From contig DAOLSP010000018.1 in NCBI GenBank assembly GCA_035419245.1, positions 130-64,129 of the forward strand: a stretch of DNA of 64,000 nt, written 5' to 3'. The first letter of the stretch is position 1; every line of letters starts with the position of its first letter. The position numbers and the translations under genes are program-made. The DNA comes from a bacterium. GTDB lineage: Bacteria; Zhuqueibacterota; Zhuqueibacteria; Residuimicrobiales; Residuimicrobiaceae. Shown here piece by piece: positions 18,984-29,100 of this stretch. The notes under the pieces are model-generated. The model saw only the letters and a list, made by a program, of their open reading frames with translations, made no database searches and had not been told where the DNA came from.

Positions 18984-19099
18984 CGCCATCCCCTCTTGCT
19001 CCCACCGGCCATTGCCGCGGCAGGCCGCGCCGCGCGTTAACCTGCTTCTGTCCATTCGCTTCCGGTATTTAACCGAAGAGCCATCAGGAGGAAATCCGC

Positions 19100-20738
19100 A
19101 TGGCAACATTCCGAAAAATATTGAATGATCGGGAAAAAGAGGGTGAAACCGGTTATTTTTCCGTTTTGCAGAACATGTCGGAAGAGGCCCATAAATCCTG
19201 GCTGGGTCAGACCGGGCAGGTTTGGGGATCCTATAATGGCGTTCCTCATCTCACCAATGTCGAACGCAATCTCGACCATCTCGCCGATGATGGACTCAAA
19301 TCCTCTTTCAGCAGCACAGAAATTTTTGTCCTCCTGGCGGCGGCACTGCTGCATGATATCGGCAAGCTCACGGTCAAGGATCCGGAAAAGGAAGCGCACT
19401 ACATCCAGTCCTGCACCAAGATATTAAAAGACTGGTATTATCTCAGGATTCCCGATCTCGAATGCGCGCACTGGATCGCCGTTCTTACCTGTGCGCATGG
19501 CTGGCCCTCCCCGGTCCCTCCTCCGGATTGCCCGGCCCTGGCCGGGGATCTTTGTGCTTTATGCTGCAGCGGCGGCGGCGTCCCCGGGTTCAGCGAGCTG
19601 GATTCCGACCCGGTGGCCCTGGACGGTCCGGTGCGTCTACGCTGGCTCGCTGCGCTGCTGCGCATGGCCGATGAAGTTGACAATCAGGTCGAACGCGCTG
19701 TGCCGGATTGGCTGCGGGACAGCCTGCCCGGGGAGGACCCTGAGCTCTCCTGGCGCAGGCACATTCACGCGGTGCTTTTTGACCATGCCGGGCAGTGCAT
19801 CAAATTGTGCACGCTCTCCCTTGATCCGAAGCGGTGGAATAACAAGCAGCTGTCGTTTCTCGGCCAGGCGGTCGGCAAAATCGATCTGGTGCTGCCTCTT
19901 TTATTCCCTCGAGCAGGAGCCGGAGTGGATCATCGAGCATCTCAAGAGTCATCATTACTTCAATGAAAATAACGCGCTTACCATTGCGCAAAATGTGCTC
20001 GACCTGGAAGACTCCGCACACGCCTATTTCGCTTTGAAATCCATCGCCAACAAGCTGCTCCTGCCCAAACTGACCCCAAGAGCGGAAGGCTATCGCAATC
20101 TGCCGCCGGAATCGCTCTTTCAGCGCCGTTATTCTGAACTGGAAAAATCGATCAACTGGCTGACGAATAAGGGGATCGTGCCCTTCTTTTTTATCGACAG
20201 CCTCTCCGCCTTCGCCCCGACGCCTCTGACCCGCAACCAGATCCACCGGCTGTTCACGCTCTTCCGCTCCGCTAACATTCCTTTGCTGGTCACGCTCGAA
20301 CGATTGCGGCATTGGGCGATCAAGGAGGAAGAGATCCCGTTCAATGTGGCGCGCTATCTGGCGGATATCGTCATCAAGCTCGATGAAGCGCACCGCAATG
20401 ATTATTATTACCAGACCATCGAAGTGACCAAGACGCGCTACAACCGCAGGATTCTCGGCCAGCATCTCCTCAAGCTCAAATCGGCGGAACAGAGCGCGAC
20501 CAAGTCGTTTGATCCCAGGCTGGGGATCGTGATCTACCCCTCGATTCACAACCATCTGGTACACAGCAGAAGCACTCCTAACGAGAAGCGCCTGCTCAGG
20601 TTGGATATCCGGGATCGCCTGTTGCCTCTGGGGATCGGGCCCACGGATGCTGACAAGGGTAGGGGGGAGGACGCAGCGGCTCAGGAGCGTGAAACCAGTC
20701 CGGCGCCGCCGGAAGGGGTGCCGGGGCCGGCCGCTTAG
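19100..20738 (+). pseudogene. HD-motif N-terminal domain plus degenerate KaiC/RecA-like C-terminal domain protein, interrupted by a frameshift at the T-run 19899-19902 (ORFs 19100..19966 and 19491..20738).
   Basis: N-terminus LLAAALLHDIGK (HD motif). After the shift, ...GIVPFFFIDSLSAF... resembles the KaiC/RecA fold but no Walker A is seen. Deleting one T from CCTCTTTTATTCC gives a continuous ...KIDLVLPLYSLEQEPEWIIEHLK. Confidence 0.45.
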
Positions 20739-21103
20739 CCAACAAGCACTCTGCGGTAATACCGCGGCCCTGCCATTCAGCCAGCAAGCAGGAAGCTATA
20801 CCGCCGGGGCCGGCACTTTAATCCTGAAATCACTCATTCCCCTTGGCTGCCCGGCACCCATGGACCCGTAATTGCTGGTCCATCCCTATTCATTCCGTCC
20901 TGTCGCGGCAGCTGGTGCGTGCCCGTCCAGCCTGACGGCTTGGACGCGGTGGCCTCTTTCGCGCCCATCCATCTGACCCCTTCTGGCATCTTCTTCCATC
21001 CCCCCATAATCCGCTCACTTTGGGCGGCCTGCAGTGTCCTTGCCTTTCCCCGATCGCCCCGGTTTACCTCTCTCTGTAATTCTGATATCCCATTCCCGAT
21101 TCT

Positions 21104-21943
21104 TTATACCCGCTTTTGTACTACCGCGCCAGCAACCTCATAGGTATCGTTTGCTTGAATTTCAATGAGTTCAAGTTCAGCCTGGGCGACTTCTTTCCGC
21201 AATTCTTCCATGTTGGTGAAAGAATGGGAAAATTCCCGGTTAAATTTAAGCATGTCGCCTTTTTCATACTGCACATTGCCAGCGCAAAGCCATGCCAGCA
21301 TCTTTTTGATTCTGTCTGTACTTGCGGAACCGGTTGCCTGGGGATGCCATGAAAACTCAAAAACAAAATAGCCCCCGGCCCTCAGTGCACTGCCCACTCG
21401 CTGTAGCAGCTCGATTCGCTTTTTTCGTGTTGGTATGGAGGAATACATCGCTGAGGAGAGCCAGGCTAAATCGAATCTGCTTGCCGGCACATTCAGATCG
21501 GTGATATCCTGGACCATACCGGAAATCTGCACACCACGCCTTCGGGCATAGGCTATTGCCGATTCGACCATTTGGGGAACATAATCAATGCCTGTGATCT
21601 CAAAACCTCTTTTCGCCAAAGAGATTGCTTCCCGTCCTCCTCCCAAGCCGAGCAGGAGCACGTGCCCTTTTCTCAATCCGGTACTAGTCAGCAGCGATTC
21701 TTCCAGATCTCTCAAACCGGAGTCGTTTCTCTGCTCATCACACCAATAGTTAATTTCATCCGGATTTGAGTAAAACCGCCTGCTGAATTCAACGAGGTCA
21801 TCCGGACGCATAACGATCACTGCGCATGATTGGATAAATTTTCCAAACTTGATAAGAAAATTTGCGGCCTTGATTCTCAGTTTCATAGAGTCCGTCCATC
21901 TGTTGATCTGCAGCAGAATGGAATTGATGCAAGCAAGAGGCAA
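21104..21943 (-). CDS. Class I SAM-dependent methyltransferase.
   Basis: Motif I VLLLGLGGGREAISLAKRG, post-I GIDYVPQMV, and GGYFVFEF. Confidence 0.75.
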   Translation of the reverse strand: MPLACINSILLQINRWTDSMKLRIKAANFLIKFGKFIQSCAVIVMRPDDLVEFSRRFYSNPDEINYWCDEQRNDSGLRDLEESLLTSTGLRKGHVLLLGLGGGREAISLAKRGFEITGIDYVPQMVESAIAYARRRGVQISGMVQDITDLNVPASRFDLAWLSSAMYSSIPTRKKRIELLQRVGSALRAGGYFVFEFSWHPQATGSASTDRIKKMLAWLCAGNVQYEKGDMLKFNREFSHSFTNMEELRKEVAQAELELIEIQANDTYEVAGAVVQKRV

Positions 21944-21956
21944 TCTCGTGCAGATT

Positions 21957-22850
21957 TCAGGAGTGAAATCGTTTCAACTGGGCCATGAGCAGGGGTTCAA
22001 TCTGTTCAGCCATACTGCGCGGGCAATAGCCGCTATCACAGGAACGGCTTATGGTCACGATGACCGGCTTGATTTTCTTGGCGATTAGAATGGTTATCAA
22101 CCTTTGCAGTTCACACTCAATATCGGCCATTGCTGGCAGATGGGAAATATCACGTGTTTTTTTGTGCGCGATTCGTGCGAAATAGCGCTCTTCTCGCTCA
22201 AAGAATTCAAAATTCAGTCCACTGAAGGGAAGTGTCTTTTCTGCTAGAAAAAGGGCTTTGTTGTCGAATTGAAATCGGGTGACCTCCAACTCATAGCTAA
22301 AATGATTCGTGATGGAGTCCCGGCAGCAAAAATAGTCCAGGTCAATATCCAGTATGACCTGTCGGTTCCGGGGCAAGTGCCGGGCTTCGCCAGACCTATA
22401 ATAATAGGGGGTCAGATCAGGGATAGCTTTATGGAGGAGGGGATGCGCAGCGCGGCTTATCTTTACTCCATGTTTGATTACCGTACCTTCGCCGAAAGCC
22501 GAACCGATTGTGGTAAATTTACGAGCGGGTTTAAACTTGCGCCATCCCGGATAAACGAAATAGACATTTCTGATAACGCCGCTAAGGATAGCAGGGAGAA
22601 TAAAAGTGGATATCGTCAGTTGACTGAAGGTAAACCGGCGATAGAATTCCAGTATTGCAGAATCACTCTGTTCTTTTGGATAAATGGACTCGGAAAACTG
22701 GAGAGGCGGGGCCATGTCATCGTGAGCATCGATGTGAACCAGATCCGTTGCACCGGCAAGATACCCTTCAAGTCTGGCTTTATGCCAGAAATAAAAGGCT
22801 TCATGATGCTCGTTGAAGCAAAAAATTGGGAGATCCTTTTTCCCGGACAT
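21957..22850 (-). CDS. Arginase/deacetylase-fold protein (UPF0489-like), putative metal-dependent hydrolase.
   Basis: Motifs HIDAHDD and ILDIDLDYF resemble the arginase-family DAHxD and SxDxDxxDP metal-binding motifs. 13-nt gap to the downstream methyltransferase gene. Confidence 0.45.
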   Translation of the reverse strand: MSGKKDLPIFCFNEHHEAFYFWHKARLEGYLAGATDLVHIDAHDDMAPPLQFSESIYPKEQSDSAILEFYRRFTFSQLTISTFILPAILSGVIRNVYFVYPGWRKFKPARKFTTIGSAFGEGTVIKHGVKISRAAHPLLHKAIPDLTPYYYRSGEARHLPRNRQVILDIDLDYFCCRDSITNHFSYELEVTRFQFDNKALFLAEKTLPFSGLNFEFFEREERYFARIAHKKTRDISHLPAMADIECELQRLITILIAKKIKPVIVTISRSCDSGYCPRSMAEQIEPLLMAQLKRFHS

Positions 22851-22880
22851 CCACTACCTTTAATAAAGCAGTCAAGGGTA

Positions 22881-22920
22881 ATCAAATATCCTCTCACCGG
22901 CGCATGCACCGGTGAGAGGA
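22881..22920 (-). terminator. Candidate intrinsic terminator (minus orientation) downstream of precursor-2: 11-bp GC-rich stem CCTCTCACCGG/CCGGTGAGAGG with loop CGCATGCA, followed by AUAUUUGAUU on the minus-strand RNA.
   Basis: Perfect inverted repeat at 22891-22920. A U-rich tract follows in the minus-strand sense. It lies between precursor-2 and the UPF0489-like gene. Confidence 0.45.
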
Positions 22921-23062
22921 TGCAGTCCCATCTCATCAGCCGTCGGGAATTCGGCAGCCGGATGCAATGAACAGCCCCTGGTCTACATCGTACAATACCG
23001 GCTAACGCCCCGGCGTTTACTGCGCCGGAAGATGCTCCGGTTTTTCCAGCTTTGCTTCGGAC

Positions 23063-23245
23063 TTAAGATGCGGCGTAGGTGTCACATTGAACTGTGTTAT
23101 TTCTGTTTACACAGATCGCGCCGGCCGCCTGGTCCGGCATGTTCCTTGGATTGGGATTTTTACAGTAAATTTTTTGCAGCAGGTTTTCATCCGGGCGGGC
23201 GTGGTACAGGATGACCAGTTCGGGTTTCTGCCATTGTTTTTTCAT
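23063..23245 (-). CDS. Precursor peptide copy 2 (60 aa): MKKQWQKPELVILYHARPDENLLQKIYCKNPNPRNMPDQAAGAICVNRNNTVQCDTYAAS.
   Basis: RBS AAGGAGAAA. The ORF track lists 23063..23251 from an upstream ATG; the second ATG has the better spacing. Shared with precursor-1: leader QW(K/Q)KPEL, CKN at the start of the core, three Cys, xQC near the C-terminus. It lies immediately downstream of rSAM copy 2. Confidence 0.75.
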   Translation of the reverse strand: MKKQWQKPELVILYHARPDENLLQKIYCKNPNPRNMPDQAAGAICVNRNNTVQCDTYAAS

Positions 23246-23287
23246 GATCATTTTCTCCTTTATTTAGGGACTTTGGATTTTCCACTT

Positions 23288-24496
23288 TCAGACTTGTGCG
23301 GATGCAGGCTGTCTGGTAGTCAGCGATGGCCGCTGCAGGTCTTTTACCCGGTGTTGCCAGTCAGCAACCATCCAGGATTTTTCACCTTCGGCCAAAAGGC
23401 CGATGAGTCTGGCCTGGGCATGTGTTAGACGGCAAAAATGTTCCAGCCACCCATCCAGTTTCCGCTCTTCCATCCAGGAAACCGCCGGGCATTGCTCGCA
23501 TAGATCGACGAGAAAACAATGCGCGCAGCGTTCATGATACAGCTTATCCTGAGCCTCAAGCTGCCTCACCTTTGGGAAAAATTGGCGAAAAGCATCATGC
23601 AATGATCCCTTTCCCAGATCATATACAGTGTCAGGGTGGCGCAACAGCAAACACATCTGTAATTTTCCATAGGCATCCGCGCAGCCTTTGTTGATCCCGG
23701 CATTACATCGGAATAAAGCAGTGCCATGGACCTGGCAGAACCGGGAACAGAAAGCCTTGAGGCCATCGATCTGAGCTCTCTGATCTCTCGACTCCAGCTC
23801 CAGTTGAAGTGATGGAGCGATGCGGAAGGTTTTAATCTCTTCATTGCGTTGTACATCCCTTCCCCTGCATCTCAGATGAAGGGTGGTCACCTGTGGCTTG
23901 AGAATATTCAAGTCTTTACGACTCTCGGCCCAGGCCTCAAATGCGAGGAATGTACCTTTGCTCAACGGGAGCAGAACAGGATTGATCACAAAGGGTATCT
24001 TGTAGGTGGTCAGCAGATCAATCCCTTTAAGCACGGCTTTGTATGAATCCGGCGTGCGGGATATGGACTCGTAAGTTTTTTGATCTTTCCCGTACAGCGA
24101 AATTTGCAGAGGATGACCGGCCGGGAATCGGGAAAGAATCCGGGCCAGTTGTGGTGTAATTCTGGTTCCGTTGGTGAAAATTTCCACCCTCAGTCCGAGC
24201 TTTTTTGCATACACATAGATCTGCTCAAAATCTTCTCTGAGCAGAGGCTCCCCTCCGGTGAACCGGATGTTCTGGCATCCCAGGCAGAGAGCTTCCTCCA
24301 GAATCGTTTGAATTTTGTCGAAAGCCAGTTCCTGGTTGATGGATGGATCATCCGCTGGTCGATTGATATAGCAGTGAACACAGTCGTTGTTGCAGCGTTC
24401 CGTGAGTTCCATATCCAGCCGTGTGATGAGGCGGCCTTTGGTACCCGAGATGGATGGAGGGAGGGGCATTCTTCGTATGTAGGAGCTGCCTGTCAT
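23288..24496 (-). CDS. Radical SAM / SPASM-domain peptide-modifying enzyme (copy 2; closest paralog of 8098..9453).
   Basis: LTERCNNDCVHCYINRP (CxxxCxxC), RFTGGEPLLREDF, SPASM cysteines (FRCNAGINKGCADAYGKLQMC ... CAHCFLVDLCEQCPAVSW ... HFCRLTHAQARLIGLLAEGEKSW). Start codon ATGA-overlaps the upstream HprK-like stop. Confidence 0.9.
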   Translation of the reverse strand: MTGSSYIRRMPLPPSISGTKGRLITRLDMELTERCNNDCVHCYINRPADDPSINQELAFDKIQTILEEALCLGCQNIRFTGGEPLLREDFEQIYVYAKKLGLRVEIFTNGTRITPQLARILSRFPAGHPLQISLYGKDQKTYESISRTPDSYKAVLKGIDLLTTYKIPFVINPVLLPLSKGTFLAFEAWAESRKDLNILKPQVTTLHLRCRGRDVQRNEEIKTFRIAPSLQLELESRDQRAQIDGLKAFCSRFCQVHGTALFRCNAGINKGCADAYGKLQMCLLLRHPDTVYDLGKGSLHDAFRQFFPKVRQLEAQDKLYHERCAHCFLVDLCEQCPAVSWMEERKLDGWLEHFCRLTHAQARLIGLLAEGEKSWMVADWQHRVKDLQRPSLTTRQPASAQV

Positions 24497-25389
24497 ACCT
24501 TAAATTCCCTCAGGAGATCCACTACCGCCCCGCTTTTGTCAAATTCAAGGCTTCGGCATGGCACTTCTTTTATCAAGTCGTTGATAACTGCAAGGGTCTG
24601 ATGCCACCAATCGGAAGTGCCAAGTGGTCTGATGGCTTTGATCGTGCACGCACTCAACCTGCTGATCAACTGGGTTTTGTCATGAATCGGCAACAGGCGG
24701 TTTGTTGCGGCCTTGTCCAGCAAGAGAATGGCTTTTAAGGGAGCGGAATCAGGCGAAACGATGGATACTTCTCCATGATGCCAGGTGCCGTGAATACGGA
24801 AACCGGCCGAATCTTTTCGCACGATAATTCTGTCATCACAAAGGATTTTCGCCTGGCCGGCGAGCATCTTCACCATCGTGGATTTTCCGGCCGTGGAATG
24901 GCCTGGAAAGAGAAGACCTTCGCCTTCCAGATCGACGCCAGAAGCATGAAACATGCAGCCATGGCAGGTTGCCAGCACTCGAGTGATAAAAAGTTGATCC
25001 GTTTGAGAAAATGATAATACGGCAACATGGCCGTCTCTGAAGATATCATCCCGTTCATTAAAGATAACCAGATGAGTAAACGATGGATGTACGAATGCAA
25101 CCTGCTGCAAGGGGTTCGATTGATTGTCAAGCAGCGTGCAGAAGAAAATCCATTTATCAGGATGCCGGTAGATGGTCAGGTTCTCGCGCTCGAATACCTT
25201 CCGGCCCAAATCTTGTCCTTCAATAATCGGCAGGCCAAAGTGATGTTCAATCCGGACCATGACTTCTTTCGGCTCTGCAATTTCGAAAGAAGAGATATTC
25301 GGGCTGAATGTTTCATCTGAAAGCGGATAGTCTGAATCAACCTGAATTGTCATTCCAGCAGTACAATAATACCGGCTAGTTGATTTCAT
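24493..25389 (-). CDS. HPr-kinase-related P-loop protein (HprK-like kinase, copy 2).
   Basis: FPGHSTAGKSTMVKMLAGQAKILCDDRIIVRK aligns with copy 1. The ORF track starts at a TTG at 25560; similarity to copy 1 begins near the Met at 25389 (MKSTSRYYCTAGMTIQVDSD vs MVEHCRWYSIGDITLQVESD). Confidence 0.7.
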   Translation of the reverse strand: MKSTSRYYCTAGMTIQVDSDYPLSDETFSPNISSFEIAEPKEVMVRIEHHFGLPIIEGQDLGRKVFERENLTIYRHPDKWIFFCTLLDNQSNPLQQVAFVHPSFTHLVIFNERDDIFRDGHVAVLSFSQTDQLFITRVLATCHGCMFHASGVDLEGEGLLFPGHSTAGKSTMVKMLAGQAKILCDDRIIVRKDSAGFRIHGTWHHGEVSIVSPDSAPLKAILLLDKAATNRLLPIHDKTQLISRLSACTIKAIRPLGTSDWWHQTLAVINDLIKEVPCRSLEFDKSGAVVDLLREFKV

Positions 25390-26190
25390 ACATCCGCACC
25401 TTGTGCCAACTGATTTCTGTGGATTCCAGTTTCGCCCATTGTGGGAAAGCTTGCCTGGATCCGAGAATAGTAATCCGTAAGGTTCAGCCGAGTGACATCG
25501 ATCCTTGAATTGAATCAGTTCGCTGGCCTGCTGTTCCACAGCGTCTAAAGTGAATTCCAAGATCGTTGCACGAAAGTAGACAACTTGCTTAATAAAATGG
25601 AAAGGAATGAAAGTCTCTGCCCAGGGAACAGCTACCTGTGAACTCTTGGCGCTGGCACAGTTCTACCAGGAAAATGAGTTAACAAAAATAAAACCGTTTA
25701 TTAGCTCTGGGATTGGACGGCCAATTACTTCATTCCGTCCTTTCATGGATAATAGATACTTGGTTGCAGGACTTGGTGCGGGGTATTCTCCGGCGATGCA
25801 AGGCTTTATTATGTAGTATAAGGCATAAATTAACACCAAGCAAGTACTTTTTCTGAATCTTCAATTATTCTCTCGATAATGCATTGCCATTGTTTGTGCC
25901 AAGGATGATCTCTTGTATTCCTGTGCAGCAAGCAGACTTCGTCTCTGGTAAAGGGGTGATCCATCATCGTGCGGTGGGGACGCTCCAATTCTGCATAACG
26001 TATGGTGCCGTCTGGAAAATAAACGATTGCAAAACCATTGCGCTTTCGCCAGATCTAATCACCATACAGGCTTTTTGATCGTTCAATTTCCCAGATTCCT
26101 GTACCGGCTGCTATGGTCTGTACAGACTTGCGGGCTGATGATTCCTCGCTCCCGACTGCCTTCTTCGGCTTTCACTCCCGGTCCACCCGC

Positions 26191-29100
26191 CTATTTTGGT
26201 AATCGAATCACAAACTCGGTAAACTCGCCCTGCACGGATTCGAACCAGATCTGGCCATTATGCCCCTGCACGACAATGTCATGGCTGATTGACAAACCCA
26301 GCCCCGTGCCCAGCCCCGCCGGCTTGGTGGTGAAAAAAGGCGTGAATATCTTGTCGCGGACTTCTGGCGGTATGCCATTGCCATTGTCGCGGATGCGGAT
26401 TTCGACCGTACTGCCGAGATTCACGGTGCGCACCCGCAATGTAGGTGTAAATTCACCGCCCGCTGTCCGCTTCTTTTTATGTGCTTCATAGCAGCCATTG
26501 TGCAGAATGTTGAGAAAAACCCGGCTGATATCCTGCGGCACTATTTTCAGCTCACCGACAGTCGGATCCAACTCTGTCTCGAATTTGATATTAAAGGTGC
26601 TATCCTGTGCGCGCATGCCGTGATAGGCGAGGTTGATGTCCTCCTCCAGCATGGCATTGATAAGGGTAGGCTGGCGCTCGCCCGCCTTGCCGCGTGAATG
26701 CTGGAGCATGCTGCGCACGATGTTGTCCGCGCGCTTGCCATGTTCCTTGACCCTTTCGGCGTTTTGTTGCAGCGTCGCGAGCAGCTCGTCAATCTCGGCG
26801 TCCGTTTCCTGATTCGGGGACTTTTTGGCCTTGGTCAGCAGCTGGCGCAGTTCATCGACCATCTCCACAGCGAGCTCGGAGAAATTGTTGACAAAGTTGA
26901 GCGGATTTTTAATCTCATGCGCGATCCCGGCGGTCAGGGCTCCCAGGGCCGCCAGCTTGGATTGGGTCACCAGCTTTTCCTGTGTGGTCTTCAAGTCATC
27001 CAGAGTTGCAATGAGCCGGCGGTAGGATTCAGCGTTCTCCAGAGCAATGGCGCTGTAGGTGGCCAGGTTGCGCAGGATATTGAGATCATATTCGCTGTAG
27101 GCGTTTTTGCTGAAGCTCTGCGCGGTAATGACGCCGATCACTTTTTCCTTGTGCATCAGCGGCAGATAGAGAATCGATTCGGGCATCTTGCCGCCCATGG
27201 GGGACTTGAGGATTTGAATATATTTTTTATAATCCCGGTCACTGTCGTTGATGATAACGTCATGCTGGTTCTTGAAGCACCATACGGCCAGCCGGTTCTC
27301 GTCGGCCAGGTCATAATTAAACGGCGGCAGGGTCTCGCCGTTTTCGATGGTGGCGGGAAATTCGAGACTGTTTTTCTCTTCGTGGTAGAGGCCGATGCCG
27401 AAGATCGGGGCATCGATGAGTTTGTTGACATTCTCATAGACGGTCTGGATGATGGATGCAATGGAAAGGTTATCGATGATGTCCTGGCCGATGCTGCTGA
27501 GCTGTTCGACGTTCCTGATTTGCTCCTGGATTTTGGCCGTACGCTTCATGACGGTTTTCTCCAGGGATTTTCTGAGCCGGTGCAGCCGCCGGGTGCGCAG
27601 GAGCACAATACCGGTGATCGTGCCGCCGGCGAACAGCAGATATCCGATCCAGATCCACCAGCTCCGGTACCAGGGGGCTGAAATCGAAAAGGCGAAGGAG
27701 GTTTCGGTGCTCTCTTCTCCGTAAATATTTCTGGCCCTGACACGGAAAACATACGGACCGTGGGGGAGATTCGTATAATTGCGCTTGCTATCCTTGCTCC
27801 ATGCCGACCAGCGCGGGTCAAATCCCTCCAGCATGGTCTGATATTCATTCGCCATGGGCTTGATATAGGAGGTCGCGGTATACTCGAAAGTCATGGCGTT
27901 GAATTGGTAGGGGAGGGTATAGTGTTCTGAAGCATTCTGCAGCGGCCCGAAGCCGCCATTGTAGAGGATCGAGTCGTTGGCGATTTTTACGCGGCGGATG
28001 AGTGCCGGAAAGGGACGATGTGAGGTCGTGCCCCGGGCTGCGGTGAAACGGATCGCGCCGTGGGTCGTGCCAAACCACACTGTTGCGCCGCTTTCAGGAT
28101 AGATGGCGTAGAGGAGCTCATCGGCAAATCGTGATGTGCTGTTTTTTTCAAGCTGATAGCTGCCGTCAGCCTTTTTGCGATAAAACGCTGTCTCTTTGCC
28201 GGCATTCGCCCATATATTGCTGTCGGCGTCTTCGGTGATCACGCATTCACCCGGGTTGATGCCGAGTCCCACTGCCTTGAAAAAGGGATCCGGATAGAAT
28301 TTCTGTTCCTGTTCATCAAACTGGTAGATTCCTTTACCTGTACCGAAGACCAGACGGCCTGCCACCTGAAAAACCGAGGTAATGCCGATCGGCAGGCCCT
28401 GATCCGGGCCGAACCTTTCAATAACGGGATGGTCGATGCCGCTGCCGGCAAAGTGCAGGCGGATGAGCCCGGAATTATAGGTACTGAGCCAGAAGGTTCC
28501 GGGGACAGGTTCAACAATCTGGCGGATATATTCATGCACCACCTGAATAATGCTTTCCAGCCTCAAACGGCCCGGGGCATGGGCATCGTACTTCAGGGTG
28601 GCGAGGCCATTGATTGCACCGGCGATGATACGGCTGCTGTCGAGACGGGATTTATGCAGGCAGATGAACGCGGGAGTCGTGGCGCTATACGGCAAGGCGA
28701 GCGTCCCTTTTGTGCCCTGGATCAGGTAGATGCCGGTCACATTGCCGGCATAGAGGTGGCGGTCAACAGCCAGGGAATTGGATGCCCCCGAATTCCTCAT
28801 GCCCTCGACATATTTGAACTGCGAATCATGCCTGTCCAGATAATAAATCCCATCCGTGGCTGAGGCATAGAGGGTGCCCTGGTATCTGCGCAAATCGAAA
28901 GGCACGCCCCCGGAGGCAAAGGGAAAATGGGTCAGCCCGGATTCGTATTCGAGAATGCCGACGCCGCCGGCCATGCCCAGCCAGATGTTTTTCTGGCGAT
29001 CGACAAATACAGCCGCAACGGTATTGGACAGCAGCCCGGTTTCCCTGGTAAGGTGCAACTTGATCTTCCCCGTGCTGTCGATAATCAGGAATCCTGCGGA

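Noticed and set aside
19491-19966. N-terminal 158 aa of ORF 19491..20738 (MRMAGPPRSLL…).
   Set aside because: This stretch is Pro/Arg/Cys-rich junk that reads the upstream HD-domain gene out of frame. The real coding frame switches at the T4 run at 19899-19902.
23021-23045. Short hairpin CCGGAagatgcTCCGG followed by TTTTT on the plus strand.
   Set aside because: It has only a 5-bp stem and no plus-strand gene to terminate here. On the minus strand, the relevant one, it is not followed by a U-tract. The 11-bp stem at 22891-22920 is the better terminator candidate.
25607-25816. 69-aa plus-strand ORF between two minus-strand genes.
   Set aside because: It lies in the likely promoter/5' region of the minus-strand HprK-like/rSAM operon. 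It has no RBS and no similarity to the QWKKPEL peptides, so it is probably spurious.
26698-27681. 327-aa plus-strand ORF inside the sensor kinase gene, and the similar antisense ORFs at 15081..16184, 16321..17154, 17286..18236, 37436..38434, 41826..42962, 43529..44389, 46490..48418, 51900..53705, 56909..58153, 58436..59644 and 62263..63657.
   Set aside because: All are antisense to genes with strong family signatures. Their translations are Gly/Ala/Arg/Asp-rich low-complexity sequence typical of the GC-rich opposite strand.
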